64,000 nt of DNA, from contig NC_086097.1 in NCBI RefSeq assembly GCF_963921235.1, forward strand, positions 82,710,001-82,774,000. The letters are read 5' to 3'. The notes under the pieces were generated by a model, which searched no databases, was not told the origin of the DNA, and worked only from the letters and a program-made list of their open reading frames with translations. This document shows positions 27,113-38,924 of the stretch, in pieces (the first letter of the stretch is position 1; every line of letters starts with the position of its first letter). A program made the position numbers and the translations under genes. The DNA comes from Mobula hypostoma (lineage: Eukaryota).

Positions 27113-29589
27113 ATAGAAACATAGAAACATAGAAAATAGGTGCAGGAGTAGGCCATTCGGCCCTTCGAGCCTGCACCGCCATTCAGTACAATCATGGCTG
27201 ATCATCCAACTCAGAACCCTGTACCAGCCTTTCCCCCATACCCCCTGATCCCTTTAGCCACAAGGGCCATATCTAACTCCCTCCTAAATATCTTAGCCAA
27301 TGAACTGGCCTCAACTGTTTCCTGTGGCAGAGAATTCCACAGATTCACCACTCTCTGTGTGAAGAAGTTTTTCCTAATCTCAGTCCTAAAAGGCTTCCCC
27401 TTTATCCTCAAACTGTGACCCCTCGTTCTGGTCTTCCCCAACATCGGGAACAATTTTCCTGCATCTAGCCTGTCCAATCCCTTTAGGATTTTATATGTTT
27501 CAATAAGATCCCCCCCTCAATCTTCTAAATTCCAACGAGTATAAGCCTAGTCAATCCAGTCTTTCATCATATGAAAGTCCTGTCATCCCAGGAATCAATC
27601 TGGTGAACCTTCTTTGTACTCCCTCTATGGCAAGGATGTCTTTCCTCAGATTAGGGGACCAAAACTGCACACAATACTCCAGGTGCGGTCTCACCAAGGC
27701 CTTGTACAACTGCAGTAGTACCTCACTGCTCCTGTACTCGAACCCTCTTGCTATGAATGCCAGCATACCATTTGCCTTTTTCACCGCCTGCTGTACCTGC
27801 ATGCCCACTTTCAATGACTGGTGTATAATGACACCCAGGTCTCATTGCACCTCCCCTTTTTCTAATCGGCCACCATTCAGATAATAATCTGTTTTCCTGT
27901 TTTTGCCACCAAAGTGGATAACCTCACATTTATCCACATTAAATTGCATCTGCCATGAATTTGCCCACTCACCTAACCTATCCAAGTCACCCTGCATCCT
28001 CTTAGCATCCTCCTCACAGCTAACACTGCCGCCCAGCTTCGTGTCATCCACAAACTTGGAGATGCTGCATTTAATTCCCTCTTCTCAGTCATTAATATAT
28101 ATTGTAAACAGCTGGGGTTCCAGCACAGAGCCTTGCATACCCCACTAGTCACTGCCTGCCATTCTGAAAAGGTCCCGTTTATTCCCACTCTTTGCTTCCT
28201 GTCTGCCAACCAATTCTCTATCCACATCAATACCTTACCCCCAATACCGTGTGCTTTAAGTTTGCACACTAATCTCCTGTGTGGGACCTTGTCAAAAGCC
28301 TTTTGAAAATCCAAATATACCACATCCACTGGTTCTCCCCTATCCACTCTACTAGTTACATCCTCAAAAAATTCTATGGGATTCGTCAGACATGATTTTC
28401 CTTTCACAAATCCATGCTGACTTTGTCCGATGATTTCACCGCTTTCCAAATGTGCTGTTATCACATCTTTGATAACTGACTCTAGCATTTTCCCCACCAC
28501 CAATGTCAGGCTAACCAGTCTATAATTCCCCGGTTTCTCTCTCCCTCCTTTTTTAAAAAGTGGGGTTACATTAGCCACCCTGCAATCCTCAGGAACTAGT
28601 CCAGAATCAAAAGAGTTTTGAAAAATTATCACTAATGCATCCACTATTTCTTGGGCTACTTCCTTAAGCACTCTGGGATGCAGACCATCTGGCCCTGGGG
28701 ATTTATCTGCCTTTAATCCCTTCAATTTACCTAACACCACTTCCCTACTAACATGTATTTCCCTCAGTTCCTCCATCTCACTGGTCTTAACCAATCTTTT
28801 TCTTTTCACATATCTATAAAAGCTTTTGCAGTCAGTTTTTGTGTTCCCTGCCAGTTTTCTCTCATAATCTTTTTTCCCCTTCCTAATTAAGCCCTTTGTC
28901 CTCCTCTGCTTGACTCTGAATTTCTCCCAGTCCTCAGGTGAGCCACTTTTTCTGGCTAATTTGTATGCTTCTTCTTTGGAATCGATACTATCCTTAATTT
29001 CCCTTGTCAGCCACGGGTGCACTACCTTCCTTGATTTATTCTTTTGCCAAACTGGGATGAACAATTGTTGTAGTTCATCCATGCGATCTTTAAATGCTTG
29101 CCATTGCATATCCACCGTCAATCCTTTAAGTGTCATTTGCCAGTCTATCTTAGCTAATTCACGTCTCATACCTTCAAAGTTACCCCTCTTTAAGTTCAGA
29201 ACCTTCGTTTCTGAAATAACTATGTCACTCTCCATCTTAATAAAGAATTCCACCATATTATGGTCACTCTTACCCAAGGGGCCTCTCACGACAAGATTGC
29301 TAATTAACTCTTCCTCATTGCTCAATACCCAGTCTAGAATAGGCTGCTCTCTGGTTGGTTCCTCGACATGTTGGTTCAAAAAACCATCCCGCATACATTC
29401 CAAGAAATCCTCTTCCTCAGCACCCTTGCCAATTTGGTTCACCCAATCTATATGTAGATTGAAGTCACCCATTATAACTGCTGTTCCTTTATTGCACACA
29501 TTTCTAATTTCCTGTTTAATACCATCCCCAACCTCAGTACTACTGTTAGGTGGCCTGTACACAACTCCCACTAGCATTTTCTGCCCCTT
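27113..29589 (-). mobile_element. Young 5'-truncated CR1 LINE (endonuclease to RT) with an in-frame internal deletion and frameshifts
   Basis: 563-aa ORF with GVVYRPPNS, MGDFN, SDHNMVEF, KSPGPDGLHPRVLKE and YLDFQKAFDKVPH; frameshift at the GVPQG motif (about 28138); (TTTCTATG)n tail. Confidence 0.95.
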
Positions 29590-31734
29590 TCTAGAATCCA
29601 CGCCAGGACCACCAGACATAAAGATTTGCTTTCCCCAAGCAGTAAGGCCGATCAGCACCTCCACCCACCAGCACTACTTTATCATTTCCTGTTGGAGTCA
29701 CCTTACGCTTAGCATTACTTAATGTACATACAATCAATCTATCTACATTATCCATCTTATATATTGATATTTATTGTGTTTTTTATATTATTGTGTTCTT
29801 TGTCTTACTGTGTTTTTTATTGTGCTGCATTGGATCCAGAGTAACAATTATTTTGTTTGCCTACTTGCATACTGGAAATTAGGTTAAGCAATATTGTATC
29901 TTCAATATGTTCTCATGTATTACATTTCAAACTGGCTAAATGAACAGTCTGAACCTTGAAGTTTCCCAGTTCAGTTTTATGTGAAATTGGACTGTGTCCA
30001 ATTTCATCTAATTTTCATCCAATTTTCACTTGATGAAAGATTTAACCCTGCAACCAGTCAGATGTTAGGTGAGGAAATAAAACATCACTGGTCTGCGTTG
30101 TTGCAACACCTCCACTGGTACTGTAATACTGACCTGCTAAACTTATTCTACCTGGCCTGGTTCTCCCCATGTATCAGTCCACATGACCTCCACTACTAAA
30201 CAATGCTTTATCTCTGGGCATTAGAAGTACATTCAAGTGATCTTCAGACTGTTTAATCTCTGTTCTGGTTCAGTTTGATTATTTTAATGATTCAGTATTG
30301 TTGAACCAGAAGGCATTTAAAAAACATCAAACTGAAACTCATCTCCTGCTACTTCTTGATTCAGTAAAAACCAATAAATACTTCTTCCTTCAAATAAATA
30401 CTGCTTCCTTGAATCAGAAATTAATTTGCTATCATTAAAATATGTTCGTATTCAGAGATCCCACTTATGGCTATACCTTTGTTTCTGAAGCAGTAATTTA
30501 CACTTGATGTTAAGTAGACCATTTTCTACAGACAATACTTCATCTTATTCTTGAATGGAAAGGTGAACTAGGATTTATGTTAAACAAATAATCTTAGCCA
30601 AATAAATGGGATGAAAGCCTTTTCGTTCAATGAGCCCAGTATAAATAGGTTAACACAATCTTCAGCCAGTTTTTATCAGAAATGGGACTACAATACAAGT
30701 TATCTCCAACTTAATGGGCATTCTTCTGGGAGTGATCCAGTGAAAATGTGGATGGGGAAAAGAGGGGAAAAAAACTACATAAGTACATGAAAGTTCCTTT
30801 TCTGATTTTATATTTGAGACATGGGACAGTAGTAGAGTAAAGGATTCCTTGTATGGGAAGAATTCCTTTTGCCTGCACTAAGCTCACATTGAACAGAAAA
30901 GTATAACAACAAATAAGATTAATTAAGTCCGAGGCACTTGCTGCTTAACCTGACATTGTTAATGGGCGATTAATGACATAGACTAAATGTCTAATGAAAT
31001 GAAATGACCAAATGTAATCCATTTGGAAGGAGACGATGCTACAGAAATAAATGGGAAACTACCCATTCATGTTACTTCCTCGTGCTTCAAAATCTTTCAT
31101 GCTACTTGTGGACATTTGTAGTTTGAATGCTGGCTGCCCAATTGCTTAGGGTCTGGCTAATGAATACTCAATGTGTACTGCATTTAAAGTAGTTGACCTT
31201 AAAATTAGAATATAGAGCAAATGGAATCGTCAGCACTAGACAAAAGGAAATCAATTTCCCCATATTGTTTTTTGAGTGTTGGTAACAAGTGATCAGCCCT
31301 TGCAAGGAAGAGTGCCTGTTGTATGATATAAATAAAGATAGTTTTTTCTAACCAGCAGGAGTCAGCCCCAGAACCAGATCATATGGAAACTATGATTTGC
31401 ATATACAGAAATGTTGAAAGTTTTGGTATACGGAATTAATTAAGGTGGCATTTTTTTGGTTATGGGTCAATTTAACTGAGCTTTTTTTTTATTTTGGGAA
31501 GTAAAGGAGACAATTCTGCAGTAAGATTTGTTGTATTTGGAGAAATCCAGAATAGTAGCTGTTACTTGCTTTAGAGATGAAAAATACTGAACTTGGTCAG
31601 AGAGGCATTTTGCAGGAATGATAAGGTTGCATTCGCAACATTTCTCCAAGTGTAAAATATCAATGAACAGTTAAAATGAAACAAAAGAGACACCTAGGCA
31701 ACCCAAAGGAAGATCAATAGTGAAAAGTTTCCAA

Positions 31735-31736
<2 letters not shown>

Positions 31737-31768
<32 letters not shown>

Positions 31769-31802
31769 CTATGATGTATGTATGTATACATATATATATA
31801 TA
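31737..31802. repeat. Compound microsatellite, (GT)15 followed by (TA)n
   Basis: Read directly from the sequence. Confidence 0.95.
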
Positions 31803-31942
31803 GTTATAATCAATACATTACAGGAAAATCATTAATTCATCAATTTTGGCTCTGTATGAGTACAATTAGAGTGAGGATCTTTCAATACTGTTCATAAGAA
31901 ATCCCTTGTTAATTTGAGAACTTAGGCCCATGAAAGGTATGT

Positions 31943-32418
31943 TACTTTATACTTTATTGTCACCAAACAATTAGTACTAGAACATACAATCATCACAGCG
32001 ATATTTGATTCTGCGCTTCACAATCCCTGGATTACAAATATTAAATATTGAAAATATTCAAAATAGTTAAAATTAGTAAATATTAAGCATTTAAATTATA
32101 AATCATAAATAGAAAATAGAAAAATGGGAAGTAAGGTAGTGCAAAAAAACTGAGAGGCAGGTCTGGATATTTGGAGGGTACGGCCCAGATCCGGGTCAGG
32201 ATCCATTCAGCAGTCTTACCACAGTTGGAAAGAAGCTGTTCCCAAATCTGGCCGTACGAGTCTTCAAGCTCCTGAACCTTCTCCCGGAGGGAAGAGGGAC
32301 GAAAAGTGTGTTGGCTGGGTGGGTTGTGTCCTTAATTATCCTGGCAGCACTGCTCCGACAGTGTGCGGTGTAAAGTGAGTCCAAGGACGGAAGATTGGTT
32401 TGTGTGATGTGCTGCGCC
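31943..32418 (-). mobile_element. Rex1-like LINE 3' fragment
   Basis: AQHITQTNLPSLDSLYTAHCRSSAARIIKDTTHPANTLFVPLPSGRRFRSLKTRTARFGNSFFP, followed by an AT-rich 3' UTR with AATAAA. Confidence 0.8.
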
Positions 32419-33370
32419 GTTATGTTGCGACATAAATCGAAGATAGTGCCACTAAGGCTCATCTTAATGGTTATATGTGAAGATTCACTCACCAAGCACA
32501 TACACCTGACACATTCAGGCACATTGACCACATTTCTCATTTCTCATTTCTCATTCTTTTGAAAAGAAAATGATGGACAGCTTGCTCATAACTTATTGAT
32601 GTGTGTGACTGGTAGCAAAGCTCCCTCCTGGGAGCAAATATTGCAAAAAATTATTGTGTTGTGTGGCTCTGGAACCCCAACAACTGAACTCGGGACATCA
32701 ATACAAATTGATTTTAGTTGATGTCATATTACCATGATGCTGAAATGTTATACTGTTCGATACATCTTGTTTTGGCTACAGCAACAGCAATTTTAACTGT
32801 TTCTGTTCTCATGCTGGGAATCCAAGTTGCTCAGTTTGTGTGTTGAATAAACAGTGATGCAAAACTACTTCTGCTAATGTTACAAAAGCCACGGAAGGCT
32901 GCTGGACCAGACAGTATTCCTGGCAGTGTGCTTAGAGGACCTGCAGACCAGCTAGCTGAGATTCTTACTGACACCTTCAACATCTCCCTGAGCAGCGCCG
33001 TCATTCCTACATGCTTCAAGGCTGCCACCATCGTTCCCGTGCCGAAGAAGTCTTCAGTGTCCTGCCTCAACGACTACCGACCCGTCGCACTGACATCCAT
33101 CATCATGAAGTGTTTCGAGAGGCTCGTCATGAGGCACATCAAGACCCTGCTGCCCCCCTCACTGAACCCCCTGCAGTTCGCGTACCGTCCCAACCATTCA
33201 ACAGACGACACCATTGCCATCACCCTCCACCTGGCCCTAACCCACCTGGACAAAAAAGACATGTATGTTCGAAAACAACAGGAAATCTGCAGATGCTGGA
33301 AATTCAAGCAACACACATAAAAGTTGCTGGTGAACGCAGCAGGCCAGACAGCATCTCTAGGAAGAGGTGC

Positions 33371-33406
33371 AGTCGACGTTTCAGGCCAAGACCCTTCGTC
33401 AGGACT
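33371..33406 (-). ncRNA. Minimal type I hammerhead ribozyme motif
   Basis: Minus strand reads AGTC-CTGACGA-AGGGTCTTGGCCT-GAAAC-GTC-GACT: complete core, stem I AGTC/GACT, short stem II, palindromic ACGT helix III. Confidence 0.75.
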
Positions 33407-33414
33407 AACGAAGG

Positions 33415-33449
33415 GTCCTGACGAAGGGTCTCGGCCTGAAACGTCGACT
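33415..33449 (+). ncRNA. Minimal type I hammerhead ribozyme motif
   Basis: GTC-CTGACGA(33418-33424)-AGGGTCTCGGCCT-GAAAC(33438-33442)-GTC-GAC; predicted cleavage after 33445. Confidence 0.75.
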
Positions 33450-34211
33450 GCACCCCTTCCTAGAGATGCTGCCTGGATTGCTGCGTTCACCAGCAACTTT
33501 TATGTATGTTCGAATGCTGTTCATAGACTTCAGTTCAGCATTCAACACAATCATTCCTCAGAAACTGATTGGAAAGCTGAGCCTACTGAGCCTGAACACC
33601 TCCCTCTACAACTGGATCCTAGACTTCCTGACTGGGAGACCTCAGTCAGTCCGGATTGGAAGCAGCATCTTCAACACCATCACACTGAGCACAGGGGCCC
33701 CCCAGGACTGTGTGCTCAGTCCACCACTGTTCACTCTGCTGACCCACGACTGTGCTGCAACACACAGCTCGAACCACATCATCAAGTTCACCGATGACAC
33801 GACCGTGGTGGGTCTCATCAGCAAGAACGATGAGTCAGCATACAGAGAGGAGGTGCAGCGGCTAACGGACTGGTGCAGAGCCAACAACCTGTCTCTGAAT
33901 GTGAACAAAACAAAAGAGATTGTTGTTAACTTCAGGAGGACACGGAACGACCACTCTCCGCTGAACATCGACGACTCCTCCGTAGAGATCGTTAAGAGCA
34001 CCAAATTTCTTGGTATTCACCTGGCGGAGAATCTCACCTGGTCCCTCAACACCAGCTCCATAGCAAAGACAGCCCAGCAGCGTCTCTACTTTCTGCGAAG
34101 GCTGAGAAAAGTCCATCTCCCACCCCCCGTCCTCACCACATTCTACAGAGGTTGTATTAAGAGCATCCTGAGCAGCTCCATCACTGCCTGGTTCGGAAAT
34201 TGCACCATCTT

Positions 34212-34719
34212 AGAAACATAGAAACATAGAAAATAGGTGCAGGAGTAGGCCATTCGGCCCTTCGAGCCTGCACCGCCATTTATTATGATCATGGCTGATC
34301 ATCCAACTCAGAACCCCGCCCCAGCCTTCCCTCCATACCCCCTGATCTCCGTAGCCACAAGGGCCATATCTAACTCCCTCTTAAATATAGCCAATGAACT
34401 GGCCTCAACTGTTTCCTGTGGCAGAGAATTCCACAGATTCACCACTCTCTGTGTGAAGAAGTTTTTCCTAATCTCGGTCCTAAAAGGCTTCCCCTTTATC
34501 CTCAAACTGTGGCCCCTTGTTCTGGACTTCCCCAACATCGGGAACAATCTTCCTGCATCTAGCCTGTCCAATCCCTTTAGGATTTTATACGTTTCAATCA
34601 GATCCCCCCTCAATCTTCTAAATTCCAACGAGTACAAGCCCAGTTCATCCAGTCTTTCTTCATATGAAAGTCCTGCCATCCCAGGAATCAATCTGGTGAA
34701 CCTTCTTTGTACTCCCTCT
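34212..34719 (-). mobile_element. Young CR1 3' fragment, same family as 27113-29589, nested in Rex1
   Basis: EGVQRRFTRLIPGMAGLSYEERLDELGLYSLEFRRLRGDLIETYKIL..; (TTTCTATG)n tail; TCTT at both junctions. Confidence 0.95.
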
Positions 34720-35003
34720 TGAATCACAAGACCCTGCAGCAGATAGTGAGGTCAGCTGGGAAGATCATTGGGGTCTCTCTTCCTGACATTACAGACAGTT
34801 ACACCACACGCTGCATCCGTAAAGCAAACAGCATTATGAAGGACCTCACGCACCCCTCATACAAACTCTTCTCCCTCCTGCCATCTGGCAAAAGGCATTG
34901 AAGTATTCAGGCTCTCACGACCAGACTATGTAACAGTTTCTTCCCCCAAGCCATCAGACTCCTCAATACCCAGAGCCTGGACTGACACCAACCTACTGCC
35001 CTC

Positions 35004-35927
35004 CCCTCTCTCTGCTTTCCGCAGGGATCGCTCCCTACGTGACTTCCTTGTCCATTCGTCCCCCCCATCCCTCCCCACTGATCTCCCTCCTTGTAAGCGG
35101 AACAAGTGCTACACATGCCCTTACACTTCCTCCCTTACCACCATTCAGGGCCCCAGACAGTCCTTCCAGGTGAGGCAACACTTCACCTGTGAGTCGGCTG
35201 GGGTGATATACTGTGTCCGGTGCTCCCGATGTGGCCTTCTATATATTGGTGAGACCCGACGCAGACTGGGAGACCGCTTTGCTGAGCACCTACGCTCTGT
35301 CCGCCAGAGAAAGCAGGATCTCCCAGTGGCCACACATTTTAATTCCACATCCCATTCCCATTCTGACATGTCTATCAACGGCCTCCTCTACTGTAAAGAT
35401 GAAGCCACACTCAGGTTGGAGGAACAACACCTTATATTCCGTCTGGGTAGCCTCCAACCTGATGGCATGAACATTGACTTCTCTAACTTCCGCTAATGCC
35501 CCACCTCCCCCTCGTACCCCATCCGTTATTTATTTTTATACACACATTCTTTCTCTCACTCTCCTTTTTCTCCCTCTGTCCCTCTGACTATACCCCTTGC
35601 CCATCCTCTGGGTTCCCCCCGCCCAGTCTTTCTTCCTGGACCTCCTGTCCCATGATCCTCTCGTATCCCTTTTGCCAGTCACCTGTCCAGCTCTCGGCTC
35701 CATCCCTCCCCCTCCTGTCTTCTCCTATCATTTTGGATCTCCCCCTCCCCCTCCAACTTTCAAATCCCTTACTCACTCTTCCTTCAGTTAGTCCTGACGA
35801 AGGGTCTCGGCCTGAAACGTCGACTGTACCTCTTCCTAGAGATGCTGCCTGGCCTGCTGCGTTCACCAGCAACTTTGATGTGTGTTGCTTGGATTTCCAG
35901 CATCTGCAGAATTCCAGTTGTTTGCGT
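35004..35927 (+). mobile_element. Young 5'-truncated Penelope (Neptune-type) element with an intact GIY-YIG endonuclease frame and 3' pseudo-LTR
   Basis: Cys-rich linker CKRNKCYTC, then HFTCESAGVIYCVRCSRCGLLYIGETRRRLGDRFAEH..VATHF..RLEEQHLIFRLGSLQPDGMN, stop at 35494-35496; inserted in the Rex1 3' UTR. Confidence 0.95.
35790..35825 (+). ncRNA. Minimal type I hammerhead ribozyme motif in the Penelope pseudo-LTR
   Basis: AGTC-CTGACGA(35794-35800)-AGGGTCTCGGCCT-GAAAC(35814-35818)-GTC-GACT; predicted cleavage after 35821. Confidence 0.8.
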
Positions 35928-36459
35928 CTACTGTGCCTATTGTTTGGTTTATTATTCATTGTAATACCTGCACTGTTTTGTGTACTTTATGCAGTCCTGG
36001 GTAGGTCTGTAGTCTAGTGTAGTTTTGTGTTGTTTTTTTAGGTCAACTCATTCAGTGAGTTTTTGTATTGTTTATGTAGCACCATGGTCCTGAAGAACAT
36101 TGTCTCATTTTTACTGTGTACTGTACCAGCAGTTATGGCCGAAATGACAATAAAAATGACTTGACTTGACTTGAAAGTAGGACCTAACTTTGTCACCAGT
36201 GTTGTACTTTACACAGAATGTTGGTCGAATAATGTCATTTTAAATCATATTATTCAAATTTCAATAAAACCTAGTATAAGGAAACAGCACATATCTTATT
36301 TAAATATAAAAACACCTAGTTCTGTGGGAGTGAAAAGGAGAACTAATCAGAGGCATCCACTTTATGTTATGTTCGCTTTGCAGCAGTGATTTTGCTACGA
36401 AGTGATTTCATCTATTGATTTCATAGTGACTTCATCTACGAAGTGATTTCATCTATTGA

Positions 36460-37000
36460 ATCATATCGCAAAGGCACAGAGTCTTCAGCCCACCCTGTCC
36501 ATGCCAAACATCAAGCATTCATCTATTCCTAGTCTTCAACACATCATAGCTTTAGCATTGGCAATTCAAGTGCTTGTTGAGTTAGTCCCTGCCTCCACCA
36601 ATAGATTCAAAACTCCAACCATTCTCTAGGTTCATCTCCCCTCTGAACCTCTTACTCCATACTTTAAACCTACACATCCTGTTTACAGATACAGTACATT
36701 TGCTATGGGGAAAAGCTGACTGCTGTCCATCTGATCTATGACCCACAACTTTTGTGTATCTCCCTCAAGTCCACTCTCAGCCTTCCCAGCTCCAAGGAAA
36801 ACAAACAGAGTCGACTAATCTCCAGAAGCCTCTCTTTATAAGCGAGCCACTCAATTTCAGGTAAAATCCTGGTGAATTTCCTCTGCATCTTCTCCAGCTC
36901 TATCATGTCCTTTCTTTATGAGACTTCCAAAACTGCACCTGGTATTTCATTTCTGACATTGCAAATGTTTTATAAAGCAATGGCATAATTTTCTTGCTCT
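36460..37000 (-). mobile_element. Old CR1 3' fragment
   Basis: Diverged CR1 3' motifs (ctccaaggaaaacaaac, aaaatcctggtgaatttcctctgca). Confidence 0.65.
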
Positions 37001-38924
37001 TAGACACCCAGTGGCCACTTGATTGGGTCCAGGAGTGGAACCCACATGGTCTTCTGTGGCTGTAGTCCATCCACTTCAGGGATCAACATGTGCATTCAGA
37101 AATACTCTTCAAGATCCAGGCATTTGCATAGGCAGGAGTTAACTATAGCCAACCTCTCAAAGTACTTGATCATAGAAGTGATGAGATGAGAAGAGAAGAG
37201 GAAGGTTTCAAAAATTTGTTCATGTTTGATGGCAGAGGCCAGTATATAGGTTTTAAAGACAAGTTGTAGAACCATTCATGCCCATGTCATGTCAGAAGTT
37301 TGTGTGGATCATTTATTTTACCTTCTTTCTGAAGTCCCATACTTTACAGAGAGCAGTATTTAACCAAAGCAATTGCACATCAAGAAACTGCTGACAACAC
37401 TGGATTGAGCAAAACCTATCAGAGAAGGCAGCATTCTGGCTGAGGTACAGAAGTCTTACTATCCGGAACTAGTTATACCTTTTACACTCATCAAGGTTGT
37501 TTTATGGAATGTGGCAACTTGCCCATGGATGCCCTGGTCACAAATCCTATCTATCCTTTACAATGGATCACGTCATTGCCTTTGACTGACTTTGTCCTTC
37601 AGTTACACCCTTCAGAGTTCGGCCTACTTGAGAGTGATGGATATTGATAGCTCTCTCCCGGAGTACATTCTATGCCTTGGCCAACCTCAGTGCAACTCAC
37701 AATTGGTATCAAACTGGGGGAGTGATGATTCAGTAGCTGTAAGGGAGCAGTAGGATGTAATCAGCAGGAGATTTCTTCGTAAGCATTCGACCCAATACTA
37801 TGTGGCTTCAAGGTGACTGGAATCAATATCAAAGGTTGATTTATTATCAAGGTGCACAATTCTGAAATATTGAGGATGTGTAGAACTTCTACTCCCCAAA
37901 TATGGCACCATGCGTAGTGGGTCTGCCCTCATAAGAGAATAAGGTGTATTTGCGAAATTAGCTGTATTGGTGTTTATGTTTGGCTGTTGCTTGATTAATC
38001 TAGAGGATAACACTTCCAGTTCTGGCATTAATTCCCAGATATATGTATATTAGAAAGACTTTGAAGTTTTTACTGGACGGTACCCTTGTCTTGTTTTTCA
38101 TATTTTCAAGGTTAATATTGGGTAATCTATCTGCTCTAATCCTTATATTGACTGATGGAGGCAGAAATCAAATGATCTCCTATATTTTTCACTATGTACA
38201 AAACTTAAAGATGTTTAGACAATGGATATCGATTGGTGACTCATCCCTGTTGGAAAGTCAACATGTTACATTGTCATACTCTCACCAGCCTCTGAAATCA
38301 ATTTTGCAGTCAGAGCCCAATGCACTACTGCTACTAGAAGCTGTCGCTCACTGCCGACTGCAGATGAATTTCTCTGCAACAGACGGGTCTTGCCCAAGTG
38401 GGTTAAGAGTCAAGTATGCCATTTCTAAAGGCAATTAAGAGCCAACCTCTTTTCTGAGTATCTGGTGTCACAAAGACCATAATGAATAAGAATGGTAGAT
38501 TTCCTTTGCTCAAGGACATTTCACTAAAATAAATCACTTATCCATGTAAAAACTGGCGGCAGTAAAAGAGCTGTGTCCAAGAACTAAGTAATAGAGTGGC
38601 TTTTAATAATGCCATTCCATCATCATGGCCTGGATATGAACTTTTTCAGTGATCTGGGTGGCATTTACCTTTGCATCAACTATTGGGGCATTAAATGCTA
38701 TGAATTCTGAGTAGCAAGTAAGTTCAAAATTGGCATGAGTCTGTGACAAAATATTGCCAATTATTTGATATTAATTCTGAAATGTTCTTTCAAGGGGGAA
38801 ATAGAAATTGATGTTCAGTGTAATGTTGGCCGCCTTTAAATATAGATTTGACCTCCATGGCCTGGTATTTTTAAAGCAGAAGGGCTCTTATTAACAGTTG
38901 TTAATTTAGTTGTGAACTCTTAAG

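Larger units (their letters stand above)
25960..29900 (+). mobile_element. Degenerate Rex1/Babar LINE interrupted by a SINE (26483-26705) and a CR1 (27113-29589)
   Basis: VVKLADDLTVVGLITNNDETACREEVQEL and KKAHQHLYFLRMLKRAGL..ESVLTSCITAWYGSC; the Rex1 sequence resumes after 29590 (atccacgccaggaccaccagac) into a T-rich 3' UTR. Confidence 0.85.
33274..33501. mobile_element. Non-coding palindromic Penelope derivative made of two inverted pseudo-LTRs
   Basis: 91-bp inverted arms at 33315-33405 and 33415-33505 with a 9-nt spacer; arms nearly identical to the pseudo-LTR at about 35790-35880; ATGTATGTTCGAA duplicated at 33261-33273 and 33502-33514. Confidence 0.9.
32885..36174 (+). mobile_element. 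Young 5'-truncated Rex1/Babar LINE carrying three nested insertions
   Basis: [72 protein letters not shown] at 36149 and a (GACTT)n tail at 36157-36174. Confidence 0.95.

Noticed and set aside
27973..29664. 563-aa ORF as an intact gene
   Set aside because: The N-terminus comes from flanking antisense Rex1 sequence, and the CR1 part is truncated, deleted and frameshifted.
28910..29722. 270-aa plus-strand ORF as a novel gene
   Set aside because: It is the antisense shadow of the CR1 ORF2.
33074..33797. ORFs containing [24 protein letters not shown] (also at 35588-35959) as a repeated protein domain
   Set aside because: These are chance translations of the Penelope pseudo-LTR and hammerhead sequence.
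36395..36459. 24-bp direct repeat CTACGAAGTGATTTCATCTATTGA
   Set aside because: A local slippage-type duplication with only 17 bp of related sequence between the copies; no element is enclosed.
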